From: Escherichia coli
GTDB taxonomy: Bacteria > Pseudomonadota > Gammaproteobacteria > Enterobacterales > Enterobacteriaceae
Length of the DNA: 64,000 nt
Assembly: GCF_048403405.1 (NCBI RefSeq)
Contig: NZ_CP183129.1
Reading direction: 5' to 3' (one strand)
In this document: positions 40,022 to 49,027 of the stretch, one piece after another
How the letters are laid out: the number at the start of each line of letters is the position of its first letter
How positions within the stretch are numbered: the stretch's first letter is position 1
Made by a program: the position numbers and the translations under genes
Notes under the pieces: generated by a model
What the model saw: only the letters and a program-made list of their open reading frames with translations
The model's database searches: none
Told to the model about the DNA's origin: nothing

Positions 40022-42121
40022 ATGGGTTTTTCATCAGCCCGAAATTTGGGAAGGGACATATCGGCAGGATTTTCCCCACCACGTCGCATGCCGATTTCGG
40101 AGGCTGTTAAAAAATTCATGCGTGTTCCCAAGGGGGCTGGTAACTCGGTGCCATGGGATCCTGAACTGACACCCTACATCATTGAGCCCATGAACTGCCT
40201 GGCATCGCGTGAATACGATGCGGTGATTTTTGTTGGTCCTGCGCGAACAGGGAAGACCATTGGTCTGATCGATGGATGGATTGTCTATACCATCGTTTGC
40301 GATCCTTCGGACATGCTCGTTGTGCAGATGACCGAAGATAAGGCCCGCGAGCATTCTAAAAAGCGCCTCGACAGAACGTTCAGAAGCAGTGCGGCGGTAA
40401 AGAAAAGAATGAGTCCACGTCGTAACGACAATAATGTCCATGATAAGACGTTCAGGGATGGCTCGTTCCTTAAAATTGGTTGGCCCTCGGTCAACATTAT
40501 GTCGTCGTCGGATTACCGGTTTGTCGCCTTAACCGATTACGACCGTTTTCCGGAGAATATCGACAGCGAGGGTGATGGTTTCTCCCTGGCCTCAAAACGT
40601 ACCACCACATTTATGTCCGCCGGGATGACTCTGGTGGAGAGCTCGCCGGGACGTGACATCTGCGACAGCAAATGGCGACGTAAGTCGCCTCATGAAGCGC
40701 CACCGACGACTGGTATTCTTTCCCTTTACAATCGTGGTGACCGCCGCCGCTGGTACTGGCCATGTCCGCACTGCGGTGAATATTTTCAGCCAGCTATGGA
40801 TGCCATGACCGGCTACCGTAATGAACCGGATCCCTTTAAAGCCAGTGAGGCGGCGTATCTACTTTGCCCGCACTGCAGCGGCATTATCACTGCGGAGAAA
40901 AAGCGTGAGCTCAATAGTGCAGGAGTCTGGTTGCGTGAAGGTCAGGTCATTGATCGTAACGGCAACGTTTCCGGTGAACCGCGCCGCTCCCGTATCGCCA
41001 GTTTCTGGATGGAAGGGCCAGCTGCTGCGTATCAGACCTGGGCGCAACTGGTTTACAAATTACTGACTGCAGAACAGGAGTATGAAGCGACAGGAAGCGA
41101 AGAAACACTCAGGGCGGTTATCAACACCGACTGGGGATTGCCTTATCTTCCTCGTGCCAGCATGGAGCAACGAAAAAGTGAACTGCTTGAGCAGCGGGCA
41201 GAGCCAGTTCCTTCCTGCAGTGTGCCGGATGGCGTTAATTTCCTTGTGGCGACAGTGGATGTGCAGGCGGGACGTCATCGCCGTTTTGTGGTTCAGGTAA
41301 CTGGCTATGGCAGTCGTGGCGAACGCTGGATTATTGATCGTTACAATATCACGCAGTCATTGCGCAGTGACTGCGACGGGGAGAGCCAGCGAATTGATCC
41401 GGCCAGCTATCCGGAAGACTGGGATGTCCTGCTGACGGATGTTTTTCATAAAAGCTGGCCGCTGGCCTCCGATCCTTCTCAACAAATGCGACTGATGGCA
41501 ATGGCGGTGGACTCCGGCGGTGAAGACGGGGTCACTGATAATGCCTATAAATTCTGGCGTCGTTGCCGTCGTGATGGCCTTGGTAAACGTATTTACCTGT
41601 TTAAGGGCGACAGCATCCGGCGCGCAAAACTGATCACCCGTACATTCCCTGATAACACCGGACGAACGGGCCGACGGGCGCAGGCCGCAGGTGATGTGCC
41701 GCTCTGGCTTCTTCAGACGGATGCACTGAAAGACCGGGTGAATAACGCGTTATGGCGTGACTCGCCAGGTCCCGGCTATGTGCATTTCCCTGACTGGCTG
41801 GGGAGCTGGTTTTACGACGAACTGACGTATGAAGAGCGGAGCAGTGACGGGAAATGGAGTAAGCCGGGTCGCGGTGCCAACGAAGCTTTTGACCTGATGG
41901 TGTATGCCGAGGCTCTGGTCATTCTGCATGGATACGAAAAGATCCGCTGGCCGGATGCACCGGAGTGGGCGAGCCGGGAAACCTGGCTGGAGTGTGTCCC
42001 GGACAGTACCGAACCGTCACCCTCACCGGAACCGGTATCCACGCCTGTTAAAAAACAAAAACGGAAGAAAACAGTAACTGACGATGTTAACCCCTGGCTG
42101 ACTTCCGGAGGATGGTTATGA
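40022..42121 (+). CDS. terminase large subunit (GpA-like)
   Basis: 699 aa; Walker A VIFVGPARTGKT; AGGAGG RBS. Confidence 0.88.
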   Translation: MGFSSARNLGRDISAGFSPPRRMPISEAVKKFMRVPKGAGNSVPWDPELTPYIIEPMNCLASREYDAVIFVGPARTGKTIGLIDGWIVYTIVCDPSDMLVVQMTEDKAREHSKKRLDRTFRSSAAVKKRMSPRRNDNNVHDKTFRDGSFLKIGWPSVNIMSSSDYRFVALTDYDRFPENIDSEGDGFSLASKRTTTFMSAGMTLVESSPGRDICDSKWRRKSPHEAPPTTGILSLYNRGDRRRWYWPCPHCGEYFQPAMDAMTGYRNEPDPFKASEAAYLLCPHCSGIITAEKKRELNSAGVWLREGQVIDRNGNVSGEPRRSRIASFWMEGPAAAYQTWAQLVYKLLTAEQEYEATGSEETLRAVINTDWGLPYLPRASMEQRKSELLEQRAEPVPSCSVPDGVNFLVATVDVQAGRHRRFVVQVTGYGSRGERWIIDRYNITQSLRSDCDGESQRIDPASYPEDWDVLLTDVFHKSWPLASDPSQQMRLMAMAVDSGGEDGVTDNAYKFWRRCRRDGLGKRIYLFKGDSIRRAKLITRTFPDNTGRTGRRAQAAGDVPLWLLQTDALKDRVNNALWRDSPGPGYVHFPDWLGSWFYDELTYEERSSDGKWSKPGRGANEAFDLMVYAEALVILHGYEKIRWPDAPEWASRETWLECVPDSTEPSPSPEPVSTPVKKQKRKKTVTDDVNPWLTSGGWL

Positions 42122-42330
42122 ACCAGAATGATATCGAAGCCATGATTCAGCGTTATACGGAAGCTGAAATGGCGGTGCTGGACGGAAAATCCGTCACCTT
42201 TAATGGTCAGCAGATGACCATGGAAAACTTATCTGAGATCCGGCAGGGACGGCAGGAGTGGGAGCGCCGCCTTGCGGCTCTGATTACACGACGACGGGGG
42301 CATCCCGGGTACCGGCTGGCGAGGTTCTGA
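42118..42330 (+). CDS. head-tail joining protein (gpW-like)
   Basis: About 70 aa between terminase and portal; overlaps both neighbours. Confidence 0.7.
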   Translation: MNQNDIEAMIQRYTEAEMAVLDGKSVTFNGQQMTMENLSEIRQGRQEWERRLAALITRRRGHPGYRLARF

Positions 42331-43838
42331 TGGCAATTCTTGATGATGTGATTGGCGTTTTTTCACCAGGATGGAAAGCGGCAAGGCTGCGTTCCCGGGC
42401 GGTGATCCAGGCTTATGAGGCCGTAAAAACGACGCGGACACACAAAGCCCGGCGGGAAAACCGAACTGCCGACCAGTTAAGCCTCTACGGGGCCGTGTCG
42501 TTACGTGAGCAGGCCCGTTACCTTGATAACAACCACGATCTGGTCATTGGTGTATTTGACAAGCTGGAAGAACGGGTGGTGGGGAAAAACGGGATTATTG
42601 TCGAGCCACATCCGGTATTACGCAATGGGGCCATTGCCCGTGATCTGGCAGCGGAGATACGCACCCGATGGAGTGAATGGTCTGTCAGTCCGGAAGTTAC
42701 CGGGCAGTTTACCCGTCCGATGCTGGAACGTCTGATGCTGCGTACCTGGCTGCGCGATGGTGAGGTGTTTGCCCAGATGGTTTCCGGGCGCATAAACAGC
42801 CTGACGCCTTCTGCCGGTGTTCATTTCTGGCTGGAGGCACTCGAGCCAGACTTTATTCCCATGACCAGTGATGAGAGCAACAGGCTGAATCAGGGCGTGT
42901 TTGTTGATGACTGGGGGCGTCCCGAAAAATATCTGGTGTATAAAAGTCGTCCTGTATCCGGACGGCAGATGGAAACCAAAGAAGTGGATGCAGAGCGAAT
43001 GCTGCATCTTAAATTTGTTCGCCGTCTGCACCAGATGCGCGGGACGTCTTTATTGTCCGGTGTGCTGATCCGCCTCAGTGCCCTGAAAGAATATGAAGAT
43101 TCTGAGCTGACTGCAGCAAGGATCGCTGCTGCTCTGGGGATGTACATCCGCAAAGGCGACGGACAGAGCTATGAAACGGATGGTAATGACAGCAAGGAGA
43201 ATGAACGCGAGCTTACCATTCAGCCAGGCATTATTTACGACGATCTGAAACCCGGCGAAGAAATCGGAATGGTGAAGTCGGATCGCCCCAATCCTAACCT
43301 TGAAACTTTTCGTAATGGTCAGTTGCGTGCCGTGGCGGCGGGCAGTCGTCTGAGTTTTTCCAGTACAGCGCGCAACTATAACGGCACTTACAGCGCCCAG
43401 CGTCAGGAGCTGGTTGAATCCACTGATGGCTACCTGATCCTGCAGGACTGGTTTATTGGTGCCGTCACCCGCCCGATGTATCGTGCCTGGCTGAAACAGG
43501 CTGTGGCATCCGGTGTTATCAGGCTACCCCGCGATCTTGACCGTTCTTCACTGTATACCGCGGTGTATTCCGGACCGGTGATGCCGTGGATTGACCCTGT
43601 TAAGGAGGCTGAGGCCTGGAAAATTCAGATTCGTGGTGGAGCGGCGACAGAATCAGACTGGGTACGTGCAGGTGGTCGTAATCCGGATGATGTCAAACGT
43701 CGGCGCAAGGCAGAAATTGATGAAAACCGCAAGCTGGATCTGGTATTTGATACCGATCCGGCCAGTGATAAAGGAGGCAGCAGTGCCGCAACGAAACGAC
43801 AGGAGCCGCAGCACACCGACGACCAGTCCGAAGAATAA
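42330..43838 (+). CDS. portal protein
   Basis: About 500 aa starting MAILDDVIGVFSPGWKAARLRSRAV; lambda-B-like position and size. Confidence 0.85.
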   Translation: MAILDDVIGVFSPGWKAARLRSRAVIQAYEAVKTTRTHKARRENRTADQLSLYGAVSLREQARYLDNNHDLVIGVFDKLEERVVGKNGIIVEPHPVLRNGAIARDLAAEIRTRWSEWSVSPEVTGQFTRPMLERLMLRTWLRDGEVFAQMVSGRINSLTPSAGVHFWLEALEPDFIPMTSDESNRLNQGVFVDDWGRPEKYLVYKSRPVSGRQMETKEVDAERMLHLKFVRRLHQMRGTSLLSGVLIRLSALKEYEDSELTAARIAAALGMYIRKGDGQSYETDGNDSKENERELTIQPGIIYDDLKPGEEIGMVKSDRPNPNLETFRNGQLRAVAAGSRLSFSSTARNYNGTYSAQRQELVESTDGYLILQDWFIGAVTRPMYRAWLKQAVASGVIRLPRDLDRSSLYTAVYSGPVMPWIDPVKEAEAWKIQIRGGAATESDWVRAGGRNPDDVKRRRKAEIDENRKLDLVFDTDPASDKGGSSAATKRQEPQHTDDQSEE

Positions 43839-43851
43839 TTCCTGGTTCAGG

Positions 43852-45810
43852 ATGCAGGCTGGTCACCAGAGTGACGCGGATATTTATATTTATGACGAGA
43901 TTGGTTTCTGGGGTGTTACAGCGAAGCAGTTTATCAGTGATCTGAATGCACTGGGCGATATCACCCACATTAATCTCCATATCAATTCACCGGGTGGCGA
44001 TGTCTTTGAAGGCATCGCCATTTTTAATGCGCTGAAAACACATGGTGCGTCCATTACCGTTTATGTCGACGGTGTGGCGGCGTCAATGGCGTCGGTCATT
44101 GCGATGGTGGGAAACCCGGTCATTATGCCGGAAAACACCTTCATGATGATTCATAAACCATTTGGCTTTACGGGCGGTGATGCGGAGGACATGCGCACCT
44201 ATGCCGACCTGCTCGATAAGGTTGAGGCGGTTCTGTTACCCGCTTATGCACAGAAAACCGGGAAAACCACCGATGAAATTGCTGCCATGCTGGCGGATGA
44301 GACCTGGATGTCCGGTGCCGAATGTCTGGCACATGGATTTGCTGATCAGGTGACGCCAGCCGTTAAGGCAATGGCATGTATTCAGTCAAAACGTACAGAG
44401 GAATTTAAAAAGATGCCGGAATCCATTCGAAACATGATTACTCCGCCACGCAACAGTGCTCCACGCGTACAGGATGATGAACCTGCAGCCTCCCGGACGC
44501 CAGTGCAGGCAGCAGCACCCGTGGTGGATGAAAACAGTATCCGTGCGCAGGTACTGGCAGAGCAAAAAGCGCGTGTAAACGGTATTAATGATCTGTTTGC
44601 CATGTTTGGCGGGCGTTATCAGACGCTGCAGGCTCAGTGTCTTGCCGATCCTGAGTGTTCGCTGGAGCAGGCCCGCGAAAAGCTGTTGAACGAGATGGGG
44701 CGCGAGTCCACGCCATCCAATAAAAATACACCGGCTCATATTTATGCTGGTAACGGTAATTTTGTGGGGGACGGGATCCGCCAGGCGCTGATGGCGCGTG
44801 CCGGATTTGAAAAAACCGAACGTGATAATGTCTACAACGGGATGACCCTGCGTGAATATGCCCGTATGTCACTGACTGAACGGGGTATTGGGGTTTCCGG
44901 TTATAACCCGATGCAGATGGTCGGTGCGGCGTTCACCCACAGTACGTCTGACTTCGGTAATATTCTGCTGGATGTTGCGAACAAAGCCATTCTGCAGGGC
45001 TGGGAAGATGCTCCTGAAACCTATGAACAATGGACGCGGAAAGGTCAGTTGTCTGATTTTAAAATTGCCCATCGTGTGGGTATGGGGGGCTTCAGTGCTC
45101 TGCGTCAGGTGCGTGAAGGGGCGGAATATAAATACGTCACCACCGGAGATAAACAGGCCACTATTGCACTGGCGACCTATGGCGAGCTGTTCAGTATCAC
45201 CCGTCAGGCCATTATCAATGATGATCTGAATATGCTGACCGATGTCCCGATGAAACTGGGCCGTGCGGCGAAATCCACTATTGCCGATCTGGTTTATGCC
45301 ATTCTGACGTCTAACCCGAAAATCTCCACAGATAATGTAAGTCTGTTCGATAAAGCGAAACATGCAAACGTACTGGAGAGCGCTGCAATGGACGTGGCAT
45401 CGCTGGATAAAGCCCGCCAGTTGATGCGCGTTCAGAAAGAGGGGGAGCGTCATCTGAATATTCGTCCTGCGTTCGTACTGGTACCGACGGCGATGGAGTC
45501 TGTTGCTAACCAGGTCATTCGCTCCTCAAGTGTCAAGGGGGCTGACATTAACGCCGGTATTATTAACCCGGTGAAAGATTTTGCGACCGTTATTGCAGAG
45601 CCTCGTCTTGATGATAACAGCCAGACCACCTTCTACCTGGCTGCGTCAAAAGGCTCCGATACGATTGAAGTGGCTTATCTCAACGGTGTGGATACGCCAT
45701 ATATTGATCAGATGGAGGGCTTCAGTGTGGATGGCGTGACAACGAAAGTGCGTATTGACGCCGGTGTCGCGCCAGTTGATCACCGCGGTCTGGTGAAATG
45801 TACGGCGTAA
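43852..45810 (+). CDS. fused prohead protease (ClpP/S49-like) - scaffold - major capsid protein
   Basis: N-terminal ClpP-like domain (YIYDEIGFWGVT...INSPGGDVFEGIAIFNAL...ASMASVIAMVG), a middle Ala/Gln-rich region and a C-terminal capsid-like domain in one 652-aa frame. Confidence 0.8.
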   Translation: MQAGHQSDADIYIYDEIGFWGVTAKQFISDLNALGDITHINLHINSPGGDVFEGIAIFNALKTHGASITVYVDGVAASMASVIAMVGNPVIMPENTFMMIHKPFGFTGGDAEDMRTYADLLDKVEAVLLPAYAQKTGKTTDEIAAMLADETWMSGAECLAHGFADQVTPAVKAMACIQSKRTEEFKKMPESIRNMITPPRNSAPRVQDDEPAASRTPVQAAAPVVDENSIRAQVLAEQKARVNGINDLFAMFGGRYQTLQAQCLADPECSLEQAREKLLNEMGRESTPSNKNTPAHIYAGNGNFVGDGIRQALMARAGFEKTERDNVYNGMTLREYARMSLTERGIGVSGYNPMQMVGAAFTHSTSDFGNILLDVANKAILQGWEDAPETYEQWTRKGQLSDFKIAHRVGMGGFSALRQVREGAEYKYVTTGDKQATIALATYGELFSITRQAIINDDLNMLTDVPMKLGRAAKSTIADLVYAILTSNPKISTDNVSLFDKAKHANVLESAAMDVASLDKARQLMRVQKEGERHLNIRPAFVLVPTAMESVANQVIRSSSVKGADINAGIINPVKDFATVIAEPRLDDNSQTTFYLAASKGSDTIEVAYLNGVDTPYIDQMEGFSVDGVTTKVRIDAGVAPVDHRGLVKCTA

Positions 45811-45832
45811 ACGTCGCAGACAACAACTCTGA

Positions 45833-45853
45833 TGGCCCGTAAGGGCTTTTTTT
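45833..45853 (+). terminator. intrinsic terminator after the capsid gene
   Basis: GGCCCGTAAGGGC followed by TTTTTTT. Confidence 0.6.
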
Positions 45854-45896
45854 GTACCTGAAATCAGCCCCTGAACGGGGCTGTGCGGAGACAGTT

Positions 45897-46220
45897 ATGG
45901 CAAAGAATTTTGTAGAAGAAGGAAAAACGGTGGCGATTGTTGCCAGTGCAGCCATCAGCAGCGGAGAGCTGGTGCAGGTGGGTGATGTTTTTGCGGTGGC
46001 GCTGACCGATATTCCACAGGGTGAAACAGGCGACGGCATGACCGAAGGTGTGTTTATGCTGCCTAAGCTGAAAACGGATGACATGAAAACGGGTAAGAAG
46101 GTTTATCTGAAGTCCGGAAAAGTTCAGCTGACTAACAGCGGCTCTGATCCGCTGGTCGGGGTTGTCTGGGCAGATGCCGGAACCAGTGCAGAAGAAGTGC
46201 CGGTAAAACTCAATGTCTGA
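45897..46220 (+). CDS. head completion / decoration-like protein (DUF2190-like)
   Basis: About 107 aa from MAKNFVEEGKTVAIVASAAISSGELVQVGDVFAVAL... Confidence 0.6.
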   Translation: MAKNFVEEGKTVAIVASAAISSGELVQVGDVFAVALTDIPQGETGDGMTEGVFMLPKLKTDDMKTGKKVYLKSGKVQLTNSGSDPLVGVVWADAGTSAEEVPVKLNV

Positions 46221-46488
46221 TCCCTTTTCCCGGCTGGCAGCGCGTATGGATGCGATCACGGTCAGAAAGATGGGAAAGACAGCCTCGATTAATGATGTCG
46301 ATATGACTGTGATCCCGGGAGAAACACTGGCAGAGCTGAATGCTCTGTCCGGACCTGCGGTCTCTCTGGTGGTGTTTTCTTCGGGATACCGCCCACGGCG
46401 CGGGGATCGCGTTGTTTATGACGGACAACAATGGACGGTCACACGGCATGAACGCTTTAACGGTAAGCCAATGATCTTTATTGAGTAA
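46213..46488 (+). CDS. head-tail connector (gpFII-like)
   Basis: 91 aa; gene-order position. Confidence 0.6.
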   Translation: MSDPFSRLAARMDAITVRKMGKTASINDVDMTVIPGETLAELNALSGPAVSLVVFSSGYRPRRGDRVVYDGQQWTVTRHERFNGKPMIFIE

Positions 46489-46499
46489 AGAGGTGTGGG

Positions 46500-47090
46500 A
46501 TGAAGGGGCTTGAGAATGCCATCCGCAATCTGAACAGCCTTGATACCCGTATGGTGCCACAGGCCAGCGCATGGGCGATAAACCGTGTGGCACAGAAAGC
46601 GGTCTCGGTTGCCACCCGGCAGGTTGCCGGGAATATCGTTGCGGGAGATAACCAGGTGAAAGGGATCCCCCTGAAACTGGTACGTCAGCGTGTCCGGGTG
46701 TTTAAAGCCAGTCCGTCAGGAAAAATGACGGCCAGGATCCGCGTTAACCGGGGCAATCTGCCCGCCATCAAACTGAACACAACACGGCGGCGTGCTGGTG
46801 AAGGACTGAGAGTGGGAAAATACTTTTTCCGGGGGGCATTTGTTCAGCAACTGGCGAATGGCCGCTGGCATGTTCTGAGGCGTCTTCCTGAAGCGCGTTT
46901 TGCAACAGGGCATGACCATCAGGGCAGGCCAAGAAAAAATCGTCTTCCTGTGGAGGTAGTGAAAATCCCGCTGTCCGGACCGCTGACACAGGCATTTGAA
47001 GATGCCCGCGACCACATCATTGCTGCGGAAATGCCGAAACAGCTGGGGTATGCACTGAAACAACAACTGAGGTTATGGCTGACCCGATGA
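46500..47090 (+). CDS. tail completion protein (gpZ-like)
   Basis: 196 aa; position and size match lambda Z. Confidence 0.7.
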   Translation: MKGLENAIRNLNSLDTRMVPQASAWAINRVAQKAVSVATRQVAGNIVAGDNQVKGIPLKLVRQRVRVFKASPSGKMTARIRVNRGNLPAIKLNTTRRRAGEGLRVGKYFFRGAFVQQLANGRWHVLRRLPEARFATGHDHQGRPRKNRLPVEVVKIPLSGPLTQAFEDARDHIIAAEMPKQLGYALKQQLRLWLTR

Positions 47091-47488
47091 ACCGACATAC
47101 ACAAATCCGCCAGGTCGTACTGGCACGCCTTCGGGAACAGTGTGGAGACAGCGCCACGTTTTTTGACGGGCTTCCGGCATTTATTGATGCGCAGGAACTG
47201 CCTGCCGTGGCGGTGTGGCTGAGTGATGCTCAGTACACCGGAAAAATGACGGATGAAGATGACTGGCAGGCTGTTCTGCATATTGCCGTCTTCATCCGGG
47301 CACAGGCACCGGATTCAGAGCTGGATATGTGGATGGAGAGCACCATTTTTCCGGCCCTGAATGATGTACCGGCACTTTCCGGACTCATCGACACCCTGAA
47401 CCCACTCGGTTTTAACTATCAACGTGATAATGAGATGGCCACCTGGGCGATGGCGGAAATCACGTACCAGATCACGTACACGAATTAA
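47087..47488 (+). CDS. tail terminator protein (gpU-like)
   Basis: Lambda U-like core ATFFDG.PAF.D....PAVAVWL.......DSELDMWMES. Confidence 0.8.
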   Translation: MNRHTQIRQVVLARLREQCGDSATFFDGLPAFIDAQELPAVAVWLSDAQYTGKMTDEDDWQAVLHIAVFIRAQAPDSELDMWMESTIFPALNDVPALSGLIDTLNPLGFNYQRDNEMATWAMAEITYQITYTN

Positions 47489-47498
47489 GGAGGTGGTA

Positions 47499-48242
47499 AT
47501 GACCACACCAAATCCACTGGCAAAGACGAAAGGTGCGGGGACGACGTTCTGGATGTATACCGGCAACGGCGATGCGTTTGCGAACCCTTTGTCGGACACT
47601 GACTGGCTGCGTCTTGCGATGGTGAAGGATCTGCAACCTGGCGAAATGACCGCTGATGCAGAAGATGACACTTATCTCGATGATGAAGATGCAGACTGGA
47701 AAACGACAACCCAGGGGCAGAAATCCGTTGGTGATACTTCGGCGACGCTGGCCTGGCGTCCGGGTGACAGCGGGCAGAAAAAACTGGTTCAGTTGTTCGA
47801 CTCCGGTGAAGTCTGCGCGTTTCGTATCAAATATCCCAACGGCACTGTTGATGTTTTCCGTGGCTGGCTGAGCTCACTGGGTAAAACCATTGCCTCAAAA
47901 GACGTGATGACCCGCACTGTGAAAATCAGCGGTGTGGGGCGTCCGTATCTGGCAGAGGAAGGCACTGAAACCGTGAGCGTTACCGGGCTGACAGTATCAC
48001 CGGCGTCTGCCAGTGTAAAAGTGGGAGCAACCACCACGCTGACCTTTACAGTAAAACCTGACGGAGCCAGTGACAAAGCGATCAGTGTGCATTCGTCAGA
48101 TCCACAGACTGCCACGGTTACCCTGAACGGACTTGTGGCCACGGTAAAAGGCGTGAAGCAGGGCAGTGTCAGCATTGTGGGCATGACCGCTGACGGGAAT
48201 TTTGTGGCTGTGACTGCGGTGACTGTCAGCGCAGCAGGTTAA
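47499..48242 (+). CDS. major tail protein (gpV-like) with C-terminal Ig-like domain
   Basis: MTTPNPLAKTKGAGTTFWMYTGNGDAFANPLSDTDW...; C-terminal Big_2-like region. Confidence 0.88.
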   Translation: MTTPNPLAKTKGAGTTFWMYTGNGDAFANPLSDTDWLRLAMVKDLQPGEMTADAEDDTYLDDEDADWKTTTQGQKSVGDTSATLAWRPGDSGQKKLVQLFDSGEVCAFRIKYPNGTVDVFRGWLSSLGKTIASKDVMTRTVKISGVGRPYLAEEGTETVSVTGLTVSPASASVKVGATTTLTFTVKPDGASDKAISVHSSDPQTATVTLNGLVATVKGVKQGSVSIVGMTADGNFVAVTAVTVSAAG

Positions 48243-48262
48243 CAGGACGATACTCATCATTT

Positions 48263-48286
48263 GCCCCGGTTATGCGGGGCTTTTTT
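48263..48286 (+). terminator. hairpin with U tract between V and G (possible attenuator)
   Basis: GCCCCG-GTTAT-GCGGGGC followed by TTTTTT. Confidence 0.5.
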
Positions 48287-48299
48287 GCAGGTGGAGAAC

Positions 48300-48689
48300 A
48301 TGATGTTTCTGAAACAGGACACGTTTAATTATGAAAAACAGTCCGTGGTGCTCAGTGAGCTGTCCGGGCTGCAGAGAATTGAATATCTGACGTTTGTTCA
48401 GCAGCGAACGGCAAAGTTTGATGCCGTGGAGGGAGAACTGCCGGAGGCTGAACGACAGATTGCTTTTCTGCGGATGGGGATGGATATCAATGCCTGGCTG
48501 GTTTCCCGCTCACTGTGGAATGCGGATCAGTCTAAGGATGTAGAGACGCTTTGCGCATCCGTTATTACAACATGGTCGTATGATGCCCTGGGTGCGGGGG
48601 CGGAGATGGTTCTGTCGCTGAGCGGTATGGGGGCCATTGATAATGCCGTGGATGATGAGCATGAGGCGCTGACGCCGGAAAAGTCCTGA
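48300..48689 (+). CDS. tail assembly chaperone (gpG-like)
   Basis: About 130 aa from MMFLKQDTFNYEKQSVVLSELSGLQRIEYL. Confidence 0.85.
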   Translation: MMFLKQDTFNYEKQSVVLSELSGLQRIEYLTFVQQRTAKFDAVEGELPEAERQIAFLRMGMDINAWLVSRSLWNADQSKDVETLCASVITTWSYDALGAGAEMVLSLSGMGAIDNAVDDEHEALTPEKS

Positions 48690-49027
48690 CGCGGGAAATG
48701 CAGTTTGTCATGCGGCTTGCCCGGGAGTTCCGGCGGGCAGACTGGCGGCGGATGCTGTCGGAAATGTCGGCCACTGAGCTTGGTGAGTGGGGCGATTATT
48801 TCCGGATGCAGAGCTTCAGTGATGTGTGGATGGATGCGCAGTTTGCCTCGCTGAAGGCATTGATCGTGAGAATGGTGTCCGGCAGCAGTGATGCTGCGGT
48901 GGCTGATTTCAGCCTTTTACCGGAAGAGAACGGGATACCGGAGCGAACGGACGAAGAACTGATGCATCTTGGGGAAGGTATTTCCGGAGGTGTGCGTTAT
49001 GGACCAGATAGCCAACCTGGTCATTGA
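48677..49027 (+). CDS. gpT-like extension, expressed as a G-T fusion by programmed -1 frameshift
   Basis: Heptamer GGAAAAG (48677-48683) at the end of G; the -1 frame is open from here to the stop at 49027. Confidence 0.65.
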   Translation, partial: GKVLTREMQFVMRLAREFRRADWRRMLSEMSATELGEWGDYFRMQSFSDVWMDAQFASLKALIVRMVSGSSDAAVADFSLLPEENGIPERTDEELMHLGEGISGGVRYGPDSQPGH

